In this document: piece by piece, positions 36,277-46,635 of the stretch
Layout: every line of letters starts with the position of its first letter
Position numbering within the stretch: the stretch's first letter is position 1
Assembly: GCA_964564675.1 (NCBI GenBank)
Contig: CAZMBI010000008.1
Location: 23,988 to 87,987 of the forward strand
Length of the DNA stretch: 64,000 bases
Source: an uncultured Azospirillaceae bacterium
Lineage (GTDB): Bacteria > Pseudomonadota > Alphaproteobacteria > Rickettsiales > UBA3002
Reading direction: 5' to 3'
The notes under the pieces: generated by a model
What the model saw: the letters and a program-made list of their open reading frames with translations, nothing else
What the model was told of the DNA's origin: nothing
The model's database searches: none
Translations under genes and position numbers: made by a program

Positions 36277-37242
36277 TCACAGCATCGTGTGCACGAACTG
36301 GTGATAAAACGGAATCCCGACAATCAGGTTAAAAGGCAGGGTGACGCCGATGGAGGCGGTCAGATACATGCCGGCATTGGCCTCCGGGATCGACAGGCGC
36401 ACCGCCGCCGGCGCCGCGATATAAGACGAGCTAGCGGCCATGGTGGCCATGATGACCACGCCATCGGGGGACAGGCCCGCCATCTGCCCGGCGGCGGCGC
36501 CGATAAAGGCGAACAATACCGGCAGGATGGTGCCGAACAGCAGGATAAAAGCGGCATCGCGGCGGCGTATGGCGCGGATGCGCTCGGCGGCGACAATGCC
36601 CATCTCCAGCAGGAATAATACTAACACGCCCTGGAAGGCGGTGATAAAGACCGGCTCGACCAGCAGGCGGCCCTCGTCGCCAGAAATCACCCCGATGACA
36701 ATGCCGCCCGCCAGCAACATCAGGGTTTTGCCGGTAAACACTTCGGCGAAGACGTGACGCAGCGGCACGCCGGGCGCGGTTTGTCGGCTGGCGAGCATGA
36801 GCGCGATGACGATGGCCGGAATTTCCAGCAGGGCGAGCAATGCTGCCATATAGGCCTCGGCTTGGCCGCCCTGGATGCGGATGAAGGTGATCGCGGCCAT
36901 GAAGGTGACCGCCGAGACGGACCCGTAATGGGCGGCCAGGGCGCAGGCATTGACCATATTCTGGCGGCCGAGATAGCGCGCCACGGCAAAGGCGATAAAA
37001 GTGGTGACGGTACCGATAACCAGCGTGGCAATCGCCGGTTTCACCAGCAGGTGCACCTCGGTTTCGGCCAGCGCAAATCCCCCCTTGAGGCCGATGGCAA
37101 ATAACAGATATTGCGAGATGACCTCATGTACCTGCGGTGGGACGCGCAGATCGCTGCGCAGCACCGCCGCCAGCATGCCGAGAAAAAAAGCCAGCACGGC
37201 CGGCGAGGTCAGGTTAATCAGCAGCGAATCGACAGCGTTCAT
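36277..37242 (-). CDS. Sodium-dependent bicarbonate transport family (SbtA-like, DUF897) permease
   Basis: Motifs LTSPAVLAFFLGMLAAVLRSDLRVP, YLLFAIGLKGG, HYGSVSAVTF, SSSYIAAPAAVRLSIPEANAGMYL. Confidence 0.75.
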   Translation of the reverse strand: MNAVDSLLINLTSPAVLAFFLGMLAAVLRSDLRVPPQVHEVISQYLLFAIGLKGGFALAETEVHLLVKPAIATLVIGTVTTFIAFAVARYLGRQNMVNACALAAHYGSVSAVTFMAAITFIRIQGGQAEAYMAALLALLEIPAIVIALMLASRQTAPGVPLRHVFAEVFTGKTLMLLAGGIVIGVISGDEGRLLVEPVFITAFQGVLVLFLLEMGIVAAERIRAIRRRDAAFILLFGTILPVLFAFIGAAAGQMAGLSPDGVVIMATMAASSSYIAAPAAVRLSIPEANAGMYLTASIGVTLPFNLIVGIPFYHQFVHTML

Positions 37243-37255
37243 GGGGCCGGCTTCG

Positions 37256-38140
37256 TTAATGGATGACGCGGTCCATCACCATACTCAAAAACAGGATCAT
37301 GCCAAGCCACGTGTTGGATTTGAAGCGTGCCAGGCAGCTGGCCGGTTTGTCCAGCTCCACGGTGAGCACCTGCCAGGAAAGCTGCGCGATGGCCAGCGCC
37401 ACCCCGATATAATAAACAGGGCCAACTTCGGCCGTTATCCCCGCGCCCAGCAAGAGTACGGCAAAGAGGGCATAAAAGCCGCCGATCATGGCGCGGCTGT
37501 TGTCGCCGAAACGAATGGCGGTGGATTTGACGCCCAGCCGCATATCGTCTTCGATATCCTGATGGGCGTAGATGGTATCGTAGCCGATGGTCCAGCATAC
37601 GGCGCCGAGATACAAGGCGAATGCCGGCAGATCCGGCGCGCCTGCCACCCCGATCCAGCCAAACAGGACACCGAGATTGAAGGTGATGCCTAAAAACGCC
37701 TGCGGCCACCAGGTGAAGCGCTTCATGTAAGGATAGGCGACGATCAGCGCCAGCACCAGCGGCGACCAGTAAAGCAGCCGGTGGTGAATGCTCCAGGCGA
37801 TCAGCAGCCCGAGCACCAGCAGCAGGCCGGTGAGAATGATCGCTTCCGGGCGGGAGACGGCCCCGCTGGCCAGCGGTCGTGTCCGCGTGCGCGCCACTTC
37901 GGCGTCGATCCCGCGGTCGACAAGGTCGTTAATCATACACCCGGCGCTGCGCATGATGACGGCGCCCAGCGCGAACAGCAGCAGCAGCATCAGCGACGGC
38001 CAGTTCTCGGTGGCCAGGCTGACGCCCCAGAAGCACGGCCACATCAACAACCAGATGCCGGCGGGCTTATCCAGTCGCATTAGGCGTTGATAAAGCAGCC
38101 ATTTTGTGTCGATGTGTTGCATGCTTCGTTTGATGGTCAT
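37256..38140 (-). CDS. ubiA: 4-hydroxybenzoate polyprenyltransferase
   Basis: Motifs LMRLDKPAGIWLLMWPCFWG, NDLVDRGID and YAHQDIEDD. Confidence 0.9.
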   Translation of the reverse strand: MTIKRSMQHIDTKWLLYQRLMRLDKPAGIWLLMWPCFWGVSLATENWPSLMLLLLFALGAVIMRSAGCMINDLVDRGIDAEVARTRTRPLASGAVSRPEAIILTGLLLVLGLLIAWSIHHRLLYWSPLVLALIVAYPYMKRFTWWPQAFLGITFNLGVLFGWIGVAGAPDLPAFALYLGAVCWTIGYDTIYAHQDIEDDMRLGVKSTAIRFGDNSRAMIGGFYALFAVLLLGAGITAEVGPVYYIGVALAIAQLSWQVLTVELDKPASCLARFKSNTWLGMILFLSMVMDRVIH

Positions 38141-38154
38141 TTGATTGGTTACGC

Positions 38155-38958
38155 GTGATGCATTCCTACCCTAAAACCCGCTTATATGTCGAGTCTGGTC
38201 TGTTCAGCGGCGCATCGATTATCTGCGAGGACAAACAGGCGCATTACCTCGCGCGCGTGTTGCGCGTACAGCCGCGGGAGACGGTGGCGCTGTTTAACGG
38301 GGCCGACGGCGAATGGCGGGCGCGGGTGAGCGAGGTACGCAAAAAGGCGGTATTGCTTGAGGTTGAGGAGCAGTTGCAGCCGTTTCTGCCGCCGCCGGAT
38401 ATTTGGCTGTGTTTTGCGCCGATTAAATATGGCCGCATTGATTATCTGGTGCAAAAGGCGACCGAACTCGGGGCAGCACGTCTGCAGCCGGTTTTTACCG
38501 ATTATACGCAGGCCGAGCGGGTGAACCGGCAACGGCTGTGCGCCAATGCGGTGGAAGCGGCCGAACAATGCGAGCGCGTGGAAGTGCCGGAATTGTGTGA
38601 ACCGGTCGCTATGAAACAGTTGCTGGGTGACTGGCCGGCGGATCGCCTGTTGTTATATGGCGATGAAAGCGGCGCGGGGATCAGTATACGGGAATGGCTG
38701 GCGCAGGCGGCGGCGAGCGGGCATGCGCAGACTGCCCGGAAATATGCCGTCCTGATCGGCCCCGAGGGTGGTTTTTCCGATTCCGAACGCCATATATTAA
38801 GCACTAAAGCGACGGGCGTGGGGCTCGGCCCGCGGATTTTGCGCGCCGACACCGCCGCCATCGCGTTGTTATCCATCGTGCAATGCTGGCTGGGAGACTG
38901 GCAGCACCGCCCGGCATTTCGCCGGGAAGCGCACCAACCATCAACGGGGAATGCCTGA
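38155..38958 (+). CDS. rsmE: 16S rRNA (uracil1498-N3)-methyltransferase
   Basis: Motifs HYLARVLRV, ALFNGADGEW, KATELGA, LIGPEGGFSDSE, LGPRILRADTAA. Confidence 0.88.
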   Translation: MMHSYPKTRLYVESGLFSGASIICEDKQAHYLARVLRVQPRETVALFNGADGEWRARVSEVRKKAVLLEVEEQLQPFLPPPDIWLCFAPIKYGRIDYLVQKATELGAARLQPVFTDYTQAERVNRQRLCANAVEAAEQCERVEVPELCEPVAMKQLLGDWPADRLLLYGDESGAGISIREWLAQAAASGHAQTARKYAVLIGPEGGFSDSERHILSTKATGVGLGPRILRADTAAIALLSIVQCWLGDWQHRPAFRREAHQPSTGNA

Positions 38959-40235
38959 TGTTGCCATTGGTCAGTGAGGAATCCGACGTCTCGCCGATTA
39001 TCGAACATCTGCGTACGCTGGCTTATGAACGCGCCGAGGCCATCGCCGCGTGGTTTGACAGCCAGTATGCGGCGAGCCCGCCGAGCTTTTATTCCTCGGT
39101 CGATCTGCGCCATGCCGGCTTTAAGCTGGCGCCTGTGGATACCAACCTGTTCCCCGCCGGGTTTAATCATTTATCGCAGGCGGCAAATACACGCGCGGTT
39201 GCACAGATTCAGCGGGTGGTCGCCGCGATTCAGCGGCCGGTGCAACGGGTGTTGATTATCCCGGAAAACCATACGCGCAATCCCGGCTATCTGGCCAACC
39301 TGCAGGCGCTTGCGCATTTGTTTGAAGAAGCCGGCTATGAGGTGGTATTCGGTAGTCTGGCCGCCGAAAGCGGCCGGGCGCTCGTGCTTGATGCGCCGGA
39401 GGGTGCGCCAATCGTGCAGCAGCCGTTACAAAAAACCGGTAACCAGTTGACCACCGAAGGCGGATTCGTCCCCGATCTGATCGTGGTCAATAACGATATG
39501 ACCGCCGGCGCGCCGCCTATTCTCAAAGGCCTGACCCAGCAGGTGGTGCCGCAAATGGGGCTGGGCTGGTATCGCCGGCGTAAATCGATTCACTTCGAAG
39601 CGTATGATCGAGTCGCCCGGCAGTTCGCTCAGGCGTTTGCTATCGACCCGTGGCTAATCGCCGCACCGTTTCATCAGTGCGGGTTGATTAATTTTAAAGA
39701 ACGCCGGGGGATCGAATGCGTGGCGCTCGGTGTGGAAAAGGTACTGCGCAGCGTGCGCGCAAAATATGCGGAATATGACATCAAGCAGACGCCTTATGTA
39801 TTCATCAAGGCCGACAGCGGCACCTACGGCATGGGCATTATGACGGCGCGCTCAGGCGAGGAGGTCACCGAGATGAACAAGAAGATCCGCAACAAAATGA
39901 ATGTGATCAAGGAAGGCGTGGCAAGCACCGAAGTGATCATCCAGGAGGGCGTGCCCAGCATCGATACGGTGCATGGCGCGGTGGCCGAGCCCATGATGTA
40001 TCTTATCGGCGGCGAACCGGTGGGCGGGGCTTACCGGGTGAATGCCCAACGCGATCCGCTGGGCAATCTTAATGCCAAAGGCATGCATTTCCACGGGATG
40101 TGCGACGAGCAGGAACCCGGCGATGCCGCGCACACCCGTGTGAAATATTGTAATTTCATGGTGTTCGGGCTGATCGCCAGGCTGGCCACACTGGCCGCTT
40201 CCCGCGAGGAATACGGCGAGGGGTATGTAATTTAA
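38958..40235 (+). CDS. gshA: Glutamate--cysteine ligase (ATP-grasp, T. ferrooxidans-type GshA family)
   Basis: SSVDLRHAGFKLAPVDTNLFPAGFNHL and KADSGTYGMGIM. The start overlaps the rsmE stop (TGATG). Confidence 0.75.
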   Translation: MLPLVSEESDVSPIIEHLRTLAYERAEAIAAWFDSQYAASPPSFYSSVDLRHAGFKLAPVDTNLFPAGFNHLSQAANTRAVAQIQRVVAAIQRPVQRVLIIPENHTRNPGYLANLQALAHLFEEAGYEVVFGSLAAESGRALVLDAPEGAPIVQQPLQKTGNQLTTEGGFVPDLIVVNNDMTAGAPPILKGLTQQVVPQMGLGWYRRRKSIHFEAYDRVARQFAQAFAIDPWLIAAPFHQCGLINFKERRGIECVALGVEKVLRSVRAKYAEYDIKQTPYVFIKADSGTYGMGIMTARSGEEVTEMNKKIRNKMNVIKEGVASTEVIIQEGVPSIDTVHGAVAEPMMYLIGGEPVGGAYRVNAQRDPLGNLNAKGMHFHGMCDEQEPGDAAHTRVKYCNFMVFGLIARLATLAASREEYGEGYVI

Positions 40236-40276
40236 TCGGACCCGCGCCCAGTTGAAGCTGCCAGAGCGATCTTTCC

Positions 40277-41998
40277 TCACCCGGCCTGAATGATCCGCTC
40301 GGCCGGGAACATCAGGGTGACGGTGGTGCCTTCACCCAGTTTACTGGAGAGTGATAATTTTCCCCCGTGTAACTCGGTGAACATCTTGCATAGCGGCAGG
40401 CCGAGGCCGGTGCCTTCGTGACTCTGGCTGCGATGAACCTGGCCGAAGACCGATAGGGCTTTCTGGATTTCGTTTTCCGGTATGCCGATGCCGTTATCGG
40501 ATACTGATAGGGTGATGTTGCCGGTGCGTTTTTCCTGCCGGGCGGTGGCGACGATCTTGCCGCCTTCGGGAGTGAACTTAATCGAGTTGGACAGCAGATT
40601 GAGCAGAATCTGGCGGATCTTGCGCTTATCGGCGTAAATCAACGGTATATTGCTTTCCGCTTCCAGTTCGATATCGATATTTTTCCGCCGCGCTTTATCG
40701 GAGATGATGCGGGTGCATTCTTCGATGATTTCATTGAAATTCACCTCCTCCTCGTTGAGTTCGAGCTTCCCGGCCTCGCCTTTGGAGAATTCGAGGATGT
40801 CGCTGATAAGTTGCAGCAGGTGACTGCCGCATAAGTTAATATCGTGCACGCGCTCTTTTTGTTTGTCGTTGAGTTCACCGAAATAACCGGCATTGATCAT
40901 CTCGGAAAAGCCGATAATCGCGTTTAGCGGTGTGCGTAATTCATGGCTCATATTAGCCAGGAAGTCCGATTTGGCCTGCGATGCTAAAATGGCGGCGGCT
41001 TCCGATTCTTCCACCCGGCGGATCTGTTTAGCCATGGCCAGTGCGAACAAAGACAGGACCGAGCCGAAAATCGTAAAAATAGCCAGAAAGCTGAGATCCT
41101 TGATGCGCGCATCCCGCCATTCGGTGAGAAAATCGTCCTCATCGATGACAATGGCCAGATACATCGGTAGCTGGCGCAATCCCTTGCGGGCGATGATCTG
41201 AATGGTGTCGTTAACGGTTTCGGTGGTGACGGTCACTTCTTTGTTGTTATCTGTTTCCTCGACTGCATCCTTAATCTGTTGGCGGACATACCACAGGGTC
41301 GTCGAGTTGTTTTGCATTTCTTCCGTTGGACCGGCATAGGCGGTTTCGCCATTAGCCAGAAAAATGGACATAAACCCCTCGGAACTCGGGTCGACCGAAC
41401 TCAGAAACTCAAGGAAGAATCTCGGGTCGATGGCGGCGATGACGGCGCCGCCGAACTGCCCTTCAAGCGTGACAACAGTGCGCGCAATCAGAATCAAATT
41501 GGAGGCGTCGCCCTGTTGCACGCCGATGGTAAAGGAGCCGCTGTCTTCCACCGATAGCGAGCGAAAGATCGGCGCGTTGGCATAGGAGCGACGGAATGTC
41601 AATTGGTGCTGGTAGCCCTGCTTGAAAGCCGCTACCTGAATGGTACCGCGGGCGTCGGTAAGCACGATGGAGGCGATCTGCGGTGTTTCATCCACCCACT
41701 GGCGCATATTGTTCTGTATGTCTTCATTCAGGTTATTGCCGAACATCTGGTTAAAATAATGGCGCTCTACAACACGGCGCAGGGTGAGATCCGCCGCCAG
41801 AAATGTCAGCTCAATCTGATCGGACAGAATACGAGTGAGGCGTTCGGCATTGGCCCGGCCGTCTTCAATGGCTTTTTCATACGCTTTGGAGGCCTGAAAG
41901 ACAACGAACACGCAAAACAGCAGCATGATCAGCGAACTGAACGCAATCAGGGTTTTGACCTTTGGCGGCCGTTTTCTGCGCTTCTCCTGTGTGTTCAT
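40277..41998 (-). CDS. Membrane sensor histidine kinase with a periplasmic Cache-like domain
   Basis: Two TM segments flank a ~270-aa periplasmic region. H box FLANMSHELRTPLNAIIGFSE, N box LLNLLSNSIKFT, G boxes VSDNGIGI and GTGLGLPLC. Confidence 0.9.
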   Translation of the reverse strand: MNTQEKRRKRPPKVKTLIAFSSLIMLLFCVFVVFQASKAYEKAIEDGRANAERLTRILSDQIELTFLAADLTLRRVVERHYFNQMFGNNLNEDIQNNMRQWVDETPQIASIVLTDARGTIQVAAFKQGYQHQLTFRRSYANAPIFRSLSVEDSGSFTIGVQQGDASNLILIARTVVTLEGQFGGAVIAAIDPRFFLEFLSSVDPSSEGFMSIFLANGETAYAGPTEEMQNNSTTLWYVRQQIKDAVEETDNNKEVTVTTETVNDTIQIIARKGLRQLPMYLAIVIDEDDFLTEWRDARIKDLSFLAIFTIFGSVLSLFALAMAKQIRRVEESEAAAILASQAKSDFLANMSHELRTPLNAIIGFSEMINAGYFGELNDKQKERVHDINLCGSHLLQLISDILEFSKGEAGKLELNEEEVNFNEIIEECTRIISDKARRKNIDIELEAESNIPLIYADKRKIRQILLNLLSNSIKFTPEGGKIVATARQEKRTGNITLSVSDNGIGIPENEIQKALSVFGQVHRSQSHEGTGLGLPLCKMFTELHGGKLSLSSKLGEGTTVTLMFPAERIIQAG

Positions 41999-42133
41999 AG
42001 CGTCTGTTTTATGTTCATTAGTGACGGCCCGCCCCGGCGGACGAAGGGGCACTCCCCTGCATTGTTACGCCCAGTTCGTTAAATTAATGCTAAAATGGTG
42101 GCAAAAACCGTTTTTTGATGATTATCTGAGCAT

Positions 42134-43663
42134 ATGGTAGCACATAGTAACACGGTGGCCTTTGCCGGGATCGAGGCCACCCCGGTCGATGTGCAGGTGC
42201 ATATTGCCTCGGGCCTCCCGGCTTTTACCATGGTCGGCCTGCCCGATAAGGCGGTTGCCGAGTCTCGCGAGCGGGTGCGCTCGGCGTTAACGGCGCTGGG
42301 GCTGCCGCTGCCGGCAAAGAAAATCCTGGTGAATCTCGCTCCGGCCGATCTGATCAAGGAAGGCAGCCATTTCGATTTGCCGGTGGCCATTGGCCTGCTG
42401 GTGGCGATGGGCGTGCTGCCCGTCTCGGAAATGGCGCATTATCTTGCGCTTGGTGAGCTCACGCTGGACGGGCATATCCTGCCCGTGGGCGGGGTGTTGC
42501 CGGCGGCGATTACCGCCTGCGCGCAGGATAAAGGCATTATCTGCCCGGCAAATAACGGAGCCGAGGCCGCCTGGGCCGGCGAGCTTGACGTGCTGGCCCC
42601 GTCGTCGCTGCTGGCGCTGATTAACCATTTCAAGGGCCTGCAGGTGCTATCTCCGCCCGATCCGCTGTTGCTGCGCGCTGCGCCAACGGGGCCGGATCTG
42701 GCGGAAGTCAAAGGGCAGGAAACCGCCAAGCGAGCGCTGGAGGTGGCCGCTGCCGGCGGGCATAACCTATTGATGGCAGGGCCGCCGGGGGCCGGTAAAT
42801 CGATGCTGGCGGCGTGCCTGCCGGGGATTCTGCCGCCGCTGAAACCCTCGGAAATACTCGAAATCAGCACCATTGCCAGCGTCGCCGGCAAGCTAGCCGG
42901 CGGTAAGCTGACCAATCGCCGGCCCTATCGCGACCCGCATCATTCCACCTCGATGGCGGCCATGGTCGGCGGCGGCCGGCGCGCCCTGCCCGGCGAGATT
43001 TCGCTGGCGCATCACGGGGTGTTGTTTCTGGATGAGCTGCCTGAATTTCCCCGTGCGGTGCTGGAATCGCTGCGCCAGCCGCTGGAATCCGGCGTCATCA
43101 CGGTGGCCCGCGCCCAGGCGCATGTCACCTATCCGGCGCGCGTGCAGCTGATTGCGGCGATGAATCCCTGCCGCTGCGGCTATCTGGGCGATGCCGGCCG
43201 CGCCTGCGGCAAGGCGCCCAAATGCGCCGTGGATTACCAGGCGAAACTCTCCGGCCCGCTTTTGGACCGGATTGATATGCATATGGAAGTAACGGCGGTG
43301 GAGCCGCTGGATATGATCGGCCGGGCGCCGGGTGAGCCCTCGGCGGCAGTGGCCACGCGGGTGGCGGCGGCACGTGAGATGCAGTGGGCGCGCTATGAAA
43401 CGCTGGGGGTGCCGGTACGCACCAATGCGGCGGTCAGTGGCGATTTACTGATGGAACTGGCGATGCCCGAGGGCGCGGCGCGGCGGATGGTGGAAGAGGC
43501 CACGCAACACTGGCAGCTTTCCATGCGCGGCCTGACGCGGGTACTGCGTGTGGCGCGTACGATTGCCGATCTGCAGGCGGCGCCCAAGGTGGAAACACCG
43601 CATGTCGCCGAGGCGCTGAGCTACCGCCAGACCATCATCGAGCGGCATAGCATGATGGCCTGA
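42134..43663 (+). CDS. comM: YifB/ComM family Mg-chelatase-like ATPase
   Basis: N-terminal Lon-like domain, Walker A GPPGAGKS, Walker B VLFLDELPEF, LIAAMNPCRCGY. Confidence 0.9.
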   Translation: MVAHSNTVAFAGIEATPVDVQVHIASGLPAFTMVGLPDKAVAESRERVRSALTALGLPLPAKKILVNLAPADLIKEGSHFDLPVAIGLLVAMGVLPVSEMAHYLALGELTLDGHILPVGGVLPAAITACAQDKGIICPANNGAEAAWAGELDVLAPSSLLALINHFKGLQVLSPPDPLLLRAAPTGPDLAEVKGQETAKRALEVAAAGGHNLLMAGPPGAGKSMLAACLPGILPPLKPSEILEISTIASVAGKLAGGKLTNRRPYRDPHHSTSMAAMVGGGRRALPGEISLAHHGVLFLDELPEFPRAVLESLRQPLESGVITVARAQAHVTYPARVQLIAAMNPCRCGYLGDAGRACGKAPKCAVDYQAKLSGPLLDRIDMHMEVTAVEPLDMIGRAPGEPSAAVATRVAAAREMQWARYETLGVPVRTNAAVSGDLLMELAMPEGAARRMVEEATQHWQLSMRGLTRVLRVARTIADLQAAPKVETPHVAEALSYRQTIIERHSMMA

Positions 43664-43788
43664 TCTTAGCGCCGCCGCGCACTGTACACAGCGCTGTGTT
43701 TGGCATTGGCAAACGGCGCGCGGCGTGGCAGATTAGCCATAAACACACATTAACGGCAAGCGTTCACCAACCTGCAACGAGGTGGGCA

Positions 43789-44493
43789 ATGGCTGCCGAA
43801 CGACAAACATCCCCCGATATGGCCGAGGCAGAGCGGTCCTGGCGGCGCGAACTGGTGGTGCTGCATATGCGCTCGACGCGCACGCTCAATCAGCTTGATC
43901 GGGCGAGTGAGTCGCTGCGGCAGGTAGAGCAGGAACTCGAAGCATTTCTCGATAGCTATTATGCTCAGGTGGGCGGGCTGGTCGATGAATTACAGGCGCT
44001 GGAACAACAATTACCCGATGCCCCGCCGCCGGATGCCGCCGGGATGCCGCCGGCGCCGCTGCCGGGGCTCGATTCTCAGGTGAAGACGCTGTATCGCAAG
44101 CTGGTGCGCCAGTGCCATCCCGATACCGCCGGCGAGAGCGAGACCAGCGCCCGCGCCATTCGCCATCTGAATGCGGCCTACGCCCAGCGCGATATCGGCG
44201 AGTTATGGAAATTGCAATGGGAGCTGGAGCGCGACGCCGCGGCGCATTCGCCGCAGCGGCGTGTGGCGCAGCTGAAAGCGCATTACGAACAGATGCAGGA
44301 TGCGCTGAACACGGTGGAGGCGCGGCGGCAGGCATTGCTCGACAGTCCCGGCTATGCACTGATGCAGCGCGCCGTCCAGCTGCGGCTGTGCGGGCAGGAT
44401 TTTATGGAACTGGTCAAAGCACACCTTAGCCGGCGCATCGCACAGAAGCGCTATAAGGCCCGGCGGGCGGGGTGTTCGCAGTCCACCGCTTAA
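43789..44493 (+). CDS. J-domain protein with a coiled-coil N-terminus
   Basis: J-domain core LYRKLVRQCHPD with the HPD tripeptide. SD GAGGTG before the ATG at 43789. The ORF is open from GTG 43696. Confidence 0.65.
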   Translation: MAAERQTSPDMAEAERSWRRELVVLHMRSTRTLNQLDRASESLRQVEQELEAFLDSYYAQVGGLVDELQALEQQLPDAPPPDAAGMPPAPLPGLDSQVKTLYRKLVRQCHPDTAGESETSARAIRHLNAAYAQRDIGELWKLQWELERDAAAHSPQRRVAQLKAHYEQMQDALNTVEARRQALLDSPGYALMQRAVQLRLCGQDFMELVKAHLSRRIAQKRYKARRAGCSQSTA

Positions 44494-44500
44494 CCGGTCG

Positions 44501-45391
44501 TCAGGCCGCCTGTTCCAGCAAGGCCGGCGCGCCGTGCTGGCCGGCATAAGCGGTGAGTTTTTCCATGGCGCGGGCCTCAATCTGGCGGATGCGCTCGCGG
44601 GAGACGCCGAATTCCTGGCTTAACTCCTCAAGGGTGACGACATCTTCGGCCAGCCGGCGCGCCTCGATGATCCGCCGCTCACGGTCATTCAGCGTGCCCA
44701 GCGCCTCGCGCATGATGGCGCGTTGATTGCTGTATTCCTCGAAGTCCGACAGCAGGGTTTCCTGACTTTCGCTGTCATCGGGCAGCAGGTCGATCCATTC
44801 ATTCTCGCCTTCCTGGCCGATGCGGGCGTTCAGGTTCTGGTCCGAGGCGTTCATGCGCATGTCCATATCGATGACGTCCTGCTCGTTGACCTCGAGATTG
44901 CTGGCGATTTCACTCACCTGTTGCGGGGTCAGCGTGGTGTCGTCCGCCGCTTCGAGCTGGCGCCGCATACGCTTTAAGTTGAAAAACAGCCGCTTCTGCG
45001 CGGCGGATGTTCCCATCTTGACGACCGACCAGCTTTTCAGGATGAATTCCTGAATCGAGGCCTTGATCCACCACATGGCGTAGGTGGAAAGGCGAAAGCC
45101 GCGTTCGGGGTCAAACTTTTTAACCGCCTGCATCAGGCCGATATTGCCCTCGGAGATGAGCTCGCCCACGGGCAGGCCGTAGCCGCGGAATCCCATGGCG
45201 ATTTTGGCGACCAGACGCAAATGGCTGGTGACCAGCTTGTGCGCTGCTTCATAATCGCCGTCTTCTGCCCAGCGTTTGGCCAGGGCATATTCTTCATCGG
45301 CAGCGAGCACCGGAAATTTCTGGATATCCTGTAAATATTGCCGCAATCCGGCTTCACCGGATATGACGGGTAATGCCAAGCTTTTACTCAT
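44501..45391 (-). CDS. rpoH: Heat-shock sigma factor sigma-32
   Basis: The RpoH box variant AQKRLFFNLKRMR, plus regions 2 and 4 (LRLVAKIA, STYAMWWIKASI, VSRERIRQIEARAM). Confidence 0.93.
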   Translation of the reverse strand: MSKSLALPVISGEAGLRQYLQDIQKFPVLAADEEYALAKRWAEDGDYEAAHKLVTSHLRLVAKIAMGFRGYGLPVGELISEGNIGLMQAVKKFDPERGFRLSTYAMWWIKASIQEFILKSWSVVKMGTSAAQKRLFFNLKRMRRQLEAADDTTLTPQQVSEIASNLEVNEQDVIDMDMRMNASDQNLNARIGQEGENEWIDLLPDDSESQETLLSDFEEYSNQRAIMREALGTLNDRERRIIEARRLAEDVVTLEELSQEFGVSRERIRQIEARAMEKLTAYAGQHGAPALLEQAA

Positions 45392-45461
45392 AAGGCCTCC
45401 TGCGACAAACCAGCCGGCGCTACAGGCCGAGCTAATTTAGAATTATTATAAACTATGGTGG

Positions 45462-46469
45462 TCACGCTTGCAAGCCCTCTAATATACGCAGCAAGGTGGC
45501 CATATCCTCCGGCAGTGGGGCGCTAAAATCGTATGTTTTATCCCGTGTCGGGTGATGTAAAGTCAACATACAGGCGTGAAGCGCCTGTCGTCTATATTGT
45601 TTCAGGAAACAATCCTTATCTTGTTGTAGCGAAATTTGTGATTTTTTCAAGTAATTTTTTTTGGTTCCTCCGTAGGTTGGATCGCCGATTAGGGGGCAGC
45701 CGCGATAGGCGCAGTGCACCCGGATCTGGTGCGTGCGGCCGGTTTCCAGCGTAACGGTAAGCTGGGCGGCAAGTGGAGTACGCACGCGCGCGCGGTAAAC
45801 AGAGAAGACTCGCTCCACCCGATATTGCGTGCGCGCCGGTTTGCCGGAGGCCACTACCGCCATTTTTTTGCGGTTATGCGGCGAGCGGCCGATCGGCGCG
45901 TCGATGGTGCCGCTAGCGGGGCTGGGTACGCCCCAGCAGACGGCCTGATAGGTGCGGCTTAAGGTGCGCGATGTGAGCTGCGCGCTCAGATGCTGGTGTG
46001 CGGCGTCGGTTTTGGCCACCACTAGCAGGCCGGACGTGTCTTTATCGATACGGTGGACGATGCCAGGGCGCGACACACCGCCGATGCCGGATAAGGTCTC
46101 ACCGCAATGGGCGAGCAGGCCGTGCACCAGCGTGGGTTCCGTGGTGCCGGGCGCGGGATGCACGGCCAGGCCCGCCGGTTTGTTAATGACGATAAGCTGC
46201 TCGTCTTCATGGATGATATCCAGCGCCATGGCCACTGGCTCCAGCGCCAGCGGTTTGATCTCCGGAATGGTAAGCGTATAGGTTTCGCCAGCTTTAACCC
46301 GCGCCGAGGCGCTGGTCATGCGCTGCCTGTCGCGGGTGAGCGCGCCCTCGGCAATCAGCTGCTGCAAAAAACTGCGCGACAGTTCGCCGCATTGCGCGTG
46401 CAACCATTTATCGAGCCGCTGGCCGGCGGCCTCGACGGTAACCGTAAAGTGATGGCGGCTGTCTTTCAT
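45462..46469 (-). CDS. rluD: RluA-family 23S rRNA pseudouridine synthase (RluD-like)
   Basis: An S4 domain (GQRLDKWL), the catalytic HRIDKDTSGLLV, TGRTHQIRVH and RQALHA. Confidence 0.88.
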   Translation of the reverse strand: MKDSRHHFTVTVEAAGQRLDKWLHAQCGELSRSFLQQLIAEGALTRDRQRMTSASARVKAGETYTLTIPEIKPLALEPVAMALDIIHEDEQLIVINKPAGLAVHPAPGTTEPTLVHGLLAHCGETLSGIGGVSRPGIVHRIDKDTSGLLVVAKTDAAHQHLSAQLTSRTLSRTYQAVCWGVPSPASGTIDAPIGRSPHNRKKMAVVASGKPARTQYRVERVFSVYRARVRTPLAAQLTVTLETGRTHQIRVHCAYRGCPLIGDPTYGGTKKNYLKKSQISLQQDKDCFLKQYRRQALHACMLTLHHPTRDKTYDFSAPLPEDMATLLRILEGLQA

Positions 46470-46635
46470 CTTGCTATGTATGGCATTCCCGGGCTAGCGT
46501 AGCTCCGCGCCAAAGGCGCGGGCTTATCACGCGGCATGGGGCATCCATATGCCAGATGCGGCGGGATGGAAACCGAAATGCGCGGGGGCAGGCCAGATTT
46601 TCGCCGCCGCGGTAACGAGCAGGGAGTTATACGAG

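Noticed and set aside
37001-37709. ORFs 37001..37693 (+) and 37239..37709 (-) spanning the sbtA-like/ubiA junction
   Set aside because: They are out-of-frame or antisense overlaps of two well-supported membrane-protein genes, with Arg/Gly/Ala-biased composition.
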